From an uncultured Gammaproteobacteria bacterium (lineage in GTDB: Bacteria > Patescibacteriota > Microgenomatia > UBA10105 > UBA927): a DNA stretch of 64,000 nt. Below the pieces are notes generated by a model, which saw only the letters and a list, made by a program, of their open reading frames with translations, had not been told where the DNA came from and ran no database searches. Positions within the stretch are counted from its first letter, which is position 1, and each line of letters begins with the position of its first letter. The stretch lies in NCBI GenBank assembly GCA_964367095.1, contig CAYIXE010000001.1:2803-66802 (forward strand). Direction: 5' to 3'. This document shows positions 59,825 to 64,000 of this stretch, piece after piece. The translations under genes and the position numbers were made by a program.

Positions 59825-60577
59825 CTACGTATACAGACCGCGTAACGCATGTATGCGAATACGAATAATATCAATAAATCCTCGCAAAGAGTCCTTTAGG
59901 GGATTGACGCGGCGTGTTTCTACATAATGCCATTCGACAGGAACTTCTTTGATCTTATACCCAAATTTCTTTCCTAAAAACAACACTTCTATATCAAACC
60001 CGGCTGTCACCATAGGGCCGTCAACTTTTGAAATACTCGTATACAACGCTAATTTTTGAAATATTTTACTTGAAACTTCACGTTTGAAGGCTTTAAATCC
60101 GCACTGTGTGTCGGTGATTCCCTTTAAACCTAAAATAAGGGATCTTAGAAACATAAATCCTCGGGCCATGATGACCCTAGACACTGGCGCCCCCTGTCTA
60201 TCGCGATTTCTTGATCCTATAACTATGTCATATCCTTTATCAAAAAACGGCAATAATTTTTCTAACTCTTCAATCGGTGTTGCCTGATCAAGGTCTGAAA
60301 ACAAAACAATATCGCCTTTGGCCGAAAGCATCCCTGCTATCACCGTACCCGCTTTTCCAACATGTCTGTTATGAAGGATTGTAAATCCTCTATTGGCTTT
60401 GCCGAAAATATCAAGAAGCTTTGGGGACTGATCCATTGATCCATCATCGACAATGATTACCTCCCATAAAAATGATTGTCGGTCAAGATACCGCGCCACT
60501 TTATCCAGTGACCCTAATCGAATATTGGTCTCTTCATTAAAACACGGTATGACAACCGACAAATATGGCTTTATCAT
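59825..60577 (-). CDS. GT2 polyprenyl-phosphate sugar synthase-like (DPM1-like)
   Basis: LSVVIPCFNEETNI...VIIVDDGSMDQSPKLL...GKAGTVIAGMLSAKGDIVLFSDLDQATPIEE. ATGA overlap with the upstream gene. Confidence 0.7.
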   Translation of the reverse strand: MIKPYLSVVIPCFNEETNIRLGSLDKVARYLDRQSFLWEVIIVDDGSMDQSPKLLDIFGKANRGFTILHNRHVGKAGTVIAGMLSAKGDIVLFSDLDQATPIEELEKLLPFFDKGYDIVIGSRNRDRQGAPVSRVIMARGFMFLRSLILGLKGITDTQCGFKAFKREVSSKIFQKLALYTSISKVDGPMVTAGFDIEVLFLGKKFGYKIKEVPVEWHYVETRRVNPLKDSLRGFIDIIRIRIHALRGLYT

Positions 60578-62148
60578 TTATTAATCTCCTTTATTGGATC
60601 GTAGTGTACGAGTTTCATGATGCGAACAAACGAGCTTGGCCACTCACCGACCACTTCTGCTCGACCAAAACCAGCTATTTCCCACAAAGGATGTCCTAAG
60701 GGTTTACACTCTGGCAGGTCACATATTACGATGAGCTGATCAGTGACAGTGGTCCGCAAAGGATCTACATCGTTGCGTTCAATGGTCACAGGCGGAGATC
60801 CCCAAATTTCAAAAAAATACCGATACACATGATCAGAATTAAAATTTGCAAGAAGTGCAAAATTAAATGGCTTTCCCTCGGCTTTTTCATACGCTTCTTT
60901 TGCAATCATGCGCGCTTGAGCTAATTGATTGTTTGGTAGAAATTTAAAAGGTCTTCCTTCCCAATTAAAGATCACCAGAATACTTAAAAAAATTCCGGCA
61001 AACACTATTCCCATCCGAGAGCTCCCCAAGACCCGCAACAGCATAGCAACAAATAAAAACGGCAAAGGGAAGAAAATACCAAAATAATAATCATAAATAC
61101 CCTTTTTATAGAAGCCAAACAATACAAGAGGGATAATAAACCATACTGCAAAAAGTACCATCGTACGATACCATGAAGTATCACCTTTTTTTATCCATGC
61201 AGGTTTGAGAAATCCTACAAGGAAACTTATGACCATCGCTATTGAGGCCCACAGGGAAAATTTTATAACACTCTCCCATAACAGACGACCGACAAGCGAC
61301 ACATTCACAAACTGCTCAGGAGGCGGCAGTCGAAACACGAGACGCCCGAATAATCGATAGGAAACATCCGTAATAATTGATATAAATTGAGCGGAATTAA
61401 ATCCTGTATCACTTCCCGAAAGTAAAAAGCGGGTGATAGAAATCGTGTTGGGAAAGCCGTGTCGCAATTCAAACGCTAAAAACGGCGCATACCCCACAAG
61501 AAAACCAAATACGCCAATACCATAAAGCTTCAAGTATTTTATATTTCTCCCATAAAAAAGAAACCACACGCCGACAACGGGAAAGAGAAAAAGAAACAAA
61601 TAATGAAGCTGCATCCCAATGCCCAACGCTACACCAATCAAAAATAATGAAAGCCGCGACATTTCTCTGCCAGCGCGCCATAAAAGATAGATAAGAGACA
61701 ATGCAAAAAAGGGAACAACATTTGGATTCCATGAGGATCGGGAGTACGCGATGACAAGAGGAGACACACTGTAAAGAAGTGCTGCTATAAGTCCGGTCCA
61801 CACATCAATAAAATCTTTTCCGACTTTATAGAGAAGTACCACTGTAGCAATGCCAAACAATCCAACCATCGCTGCAGCTCCAGCTGGATTCATCCCGGAC
61901 GCCCACACAAACGGCAGCATAAAATAATAATAAATAGGACCCAAAAAAAATCCGCCTACAGATGCAGTCGGACCCAAAAGTGTGAACTTGTGGTCAACAA
62001 TCATACGTTTGACCACCAGCATATCCCGGCCTTCATCTCCCAAAAATGTCATGTACTCTGAAATCTTATACAGTCGAAGGTATCCGGCCAAAAGAACAAT
62101 ACATAAAAGAAGAACATGATGCCAATGATGGGAAAAAAAGCGCTTCAT
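60574..62148 (-). CDS. ArnT-like GT-C glycosyltransferase
   Basis: From the ATG at 62148: MKRFFSHHWHHVLLLCIVLLAGYLRLYKISEYMTFLGDEGRDMLVVKRM..., paralogous to 33038. Polytopic. The track N-terminal extension starts at a TTG. Confidence 0.45.
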   Translation of the reverse strand: MKRFFSHHWHHVLLLCIVLLAGYLRLYKISEYMTFLGDEGRDMLVVKRMIVDHKFTLLGPTASVGGFFLGPIYYYFMLPFVWASGMNPAGAAAMVGLFGIATVVLLYKVGKDFIDVWTGLIAALLYSVSPLVIAYSRSSWNPNVVPFFALSLIYLLWRAGREMSRLSLFLIGVALGIGMQLHYLFLFLFPVVGVWFLFYGRNIKYLKLYGIGVFGFLVGYAPFLAFELRHGFPNTISITRFLLSGSDTGFNSAQFISIITDVSYRLFGRLVFRLPPPEQFVNVSLVGRLLWESVIKFSLWASIAMVISFLVGFLKPAWIKKGDTSWYRTMVLFAVWFIIPLVLFGFYKKGIYDYYFGIFFPLPFLFVAMLLRVLGSSRMGIVFAGIFLSILVIFNWEGRPFKFLPNNQLAQARMIAKEAYEKAEGKPFNFALLANFNSDHVYRYFFEIWGSPPVTIERNDVDPLRTTVTDQLIVICDLPECKPLGHPLWEIAGFGRAEVVGEWPSSFVRIMKLVHYDPIKEINK

Positions 62149-62156
62149 GAAAAATA

Positions 62157-63269
62157 TTACTTTGACTTCCAAATTACTCTGGAATACATAATGTAATTCC
62201 AAATAAGACCTATACTGACGCCAATAATATACCAAGGAAAATATGAATCTCTTCCCGTAATGTTTGTCCCAAATAACACAGTTCCTGATTGGATTAAAAG
62301 CCCGCCAAGGGCTGCTAAGTTAAACTGGATAAACTTCGGTAGCAGGGCAACTCCGGAAATCTTACGTGCATGAAATGTCCACGTGTTGTTTAATATAAAA
62401 TTAGAAATGATTGCAAACTCAGCACCACTGGCACTCCCCATGGCTGGATGAAACCCAAAAAACACAAATATCTCAAGAATGGCTGTATTTATCAAAAATC
62501 CGATACTGCCAACGATTGCAAATCTTGGGAATGTTCCTTTCATAATCGCTTTATACCGGGATGAAAAAACAAACATAATAATGCTCATAATGTATTCAAG
62601 TGGTGCTATTTTAGAGCGTCCGAACCTTCTATCAGTAAAGATAATCGGCACTTCCCCCACATGTGCGCCATTTTGTATCGATGTATAAAGAAATGCGATC
62701 TGAAAAACATATCCGCTATACGGCGAAACGATAGTTTTCGCTTTTTGAAAATAATTTGCATTAAAAGCACGATATCCGCCAGTCCAATCATGAACTTGAG
62801 TCTTTCCTAAACCGAAACGGACAAATGTGTTTCCGATCACGCTGTAAATTTTTCGATGAAGTCCCCAATTAGCAGGTATTGAACCGCCGGGGATATATCT
62901 GCTTCCCACGACGAAATCATTTCCTTTTTTAAGTTTTTGTATAAATTGAGGCAGTACCTTAGGATCATGCGACATATCCGCATCCATCTGAATAATAATA
63001 TCGGCCTTCAGATGTAAAACCGCGTACGTCATGCCGGCAAGAAGCGCTTTGCCTAAGCCCTCTTTTTTTCTCGACAGAATATGAATATTTTTATGCGATT
63101 TTTGAAAGGCCGCTGCTAGATCTTTGGTGCCATCCGGCGACATATCATCAACGACTAAGATATGAAATGTCATATCAGGAATCGTTTTAAGTACGGCTGA
63201 TACGGATTCCAACATGGTAGTAATGTTTTCCCGCTCGTTGTACGTCGGTAAAATTATGACCGTGTTCAT
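62157..63269 (-). CDS. GT2 polyprenyl-phosphate sugar synthase with C-terminal GtrA-like membrane domain (Ppm1/dolichol-phosphate-mannose synthase architecture)
   Basis: VIILPTYNERENI...ILVVDDMSPDGTKDLA...GLGKALLAGM...IQMDADMSHDP. C-terminus FAIVGSIGFLINTAILEIFVFFGF...NNTWTF is GtrA-like. Confidence 0.7.
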   Translation of the reverse strand: MNTVIILPTYNERENITTMLESVSAVLKTIPDMTFHILVVDDMSPDGTKDLAAAFQKSHKNIHILSRKKEGLGKALLAGMTYAVLHLKADIIIQMDADMSHDPKVLPQFIQKLKKGNDFVVGSRYIPGGSIPANWGLHRKIYSVIGNTFVRFGLGKTQVHDWTGGYRAFNANYFQKAKTIVSPYSGYVFQIAFLYTSIQNGAHVGEVPIIFTDRRFGRSKIAPLEYIMSIIMFVFSSRYKAIMKGTFPRFAIVGSIGFLINTAILEIFVFFGFHPAMGSASGAEFAIISNFILNNTWTFHARKISGVALLPKFIQFNLAALGGLLIQSGTVLFGTNITGRDSYFPWYIIGVSIGLIWNYIMYSRVIWKSK

Positions 63270-63281
63270 ATAGTTGAGGCG

Positions 63282-64000
63282 CTAAACGCGAGCTCTCCAA
63301 TAATCAAGAAGATCTTTAAGCGTCTTCTCAAAGGGGATTTCCGGCTTCCAGCCGGTTTTTGCAACAAATTTGGAATTATCTCCAATAAGAATTGGAACGT
63401 CAGACGGACGCATTCTCGCGGGATCCTGTTTTATCTGTACTTTCACATTGGAAAACGACAACAACATGTCAAGCACCGCTTTCATCTGAAACGCTTTCCC
63501 TGTGCAAATGTTATATACCTCACCCGGATCACATTTTTCTACAGCTAAAGTATACGCTCGCACCATGTCCCGCACGTCTGTATAATCACGCTCTGCTTCC
63601 AAGTTCCCTACAAAAATAATCGGCTCTTGCTTACCCTTTTCTATAAGTGCAATTTGCTTTGCAAATGTTGATTCTGCAAACGTCTCGCCTCTTCGCGGCC
63701 CCGTGTGATTAAATCCTCGGGTTCTCACTATCCTTAGCTTATACGACTCAAAATACTGATACCCCAAATAATCCATAGCAACTTTAGATACAGCATATGG
63801 CGAAAGAGGTCGCAATGGATTGGTTTCACGAATTGGAACTTCATTTGGAAATACCATGCCGTATTCTTCAGATGAACACGCAATTTGAATCACCGGATCA
63901 ATACCCGATCGTCTGACTGCTTCAAAAAGATTTGCTGATCCGACGATGTTTACTTCAAGCGTGATGGCAGGAGATCCCCATGACGTCGGCACAAAAGATT
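63282..64000 (-). CDS. gmd: GDP-mannose 4,6-dehydratase, C-terminal part; the N-terminus lies beyond the window end
   Basis: RPLSPYAVSKVAMDYLGYQYFESYKLRIVRTRGFNHTGPRRGETFAESTFAKQIALI matches Gmd ([22 protein letters not shown]...[20 protein letters not shown]). The ORF runs open to position 64000. Confidence 0.65.
   Translation of the reverse strand, partial: SFVPTSWGSPAITLEVNIVGSANLFEAVRRSGIDPVIQIACSSEEYGMVFPNEVPIRETNPLRPLSPYAVSKVAMDYLGYQYFESYKLRIVRTRGFNHTGPRRGETFAESTFAKQIALIEKGKQEPIIFVGNLEAERDYTDVRDMVRAYTLAVEKCDPGEVYNICTGKAFQMKAVLDMLLSFSNVKVQIKQDPARMRPSDVPILIGDNSKFVAKTGWKPEIPFEKTLKDLLDYWRARV

Noticed and set aside
1-64000. Alternative genetic code (UGA as Gly, code 25) because of possible CPR affiliation
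   Set aside because: TGA repeatedly serves as the stop in ATGA start/stop overlaps at ends of well-defined genes (for example 158-156, 4032-4034, 17073-17075, 22757-22759), so code 11 fits.
1-64000. tRNA, rRNA, CRISPR arrays, transposases or integrases
   Set aside because: Intergenic space totals only a few hundred bp. No cloverleaf-like or direct-repeat/spacer structures were seen, and no ORF shows transposase, integrase or Cas motifs.

Overview
This 64 kb window is a very gene-dense block (intergenic gaps of about 0-120 bp) from a low-GC bacterium that uses the standard code. TGA and TAA act as stops, including in many 4-nt ATGA start/stop overlaps. Most genes run on the minus strand, with one plus-strand island at about 34.5-41.8 kb. 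Almost the whole window is a single giant glycan-biosynthesis locus. It has four parts. First, nucleotide-sugar genes. These include an RmlC-like 3,5-epimerase fragment, a CDP-glucose 4,6-dehydratase-like SDR, glucose-1-phosphate cytidylyltransferase RfbF, and a CDP-paratose 2-epimerase-like SDR. They also include a GDP-fucose-synthase-like SDR, a ColD/RfbH-type 3-dehydratase carrying the His-His active-site signature, another SDR, and a GDP-mannose 4,6-dehydratase truncated at the window end. Second, cytoplasmic GT4 and GT2 transferases and two Wzx-type flippases. Third, about 8-9 small GT2 polyprenyl-phosphate-sugar synthases (DPM1/ArnC/GtrB-like, one with a GtrA-like tail). Fourth, about 19 integral-membrane GT-C-fold glycosyltransferase paralogs from at least four families: 5 PMT_2/GT39-like, 5 short and 3 long YfhO-like, 3 ArnT-like, and 3 DUF2029/GT87-like. 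Three SAM-dependent methyltransferases lie among them, two with an N-terminal zinc ribbon. Non-glycan insertions are a Fic/Doc-fold protein with a degenerate active-site motif, and a TrpR-like (YerC/YecD) regulator bracketed by two identical 28-bp perfect palindromes. There is also an AAA ATPase (DUF4143), a HicAB toxin-antitoxin pair and a truncated Bro-N-like ORF. I found no rRNA, tRNA, CRISPR array or transposase. All functional calls rest on remembered family motifs read from the six-frame translations; no database search was possible.
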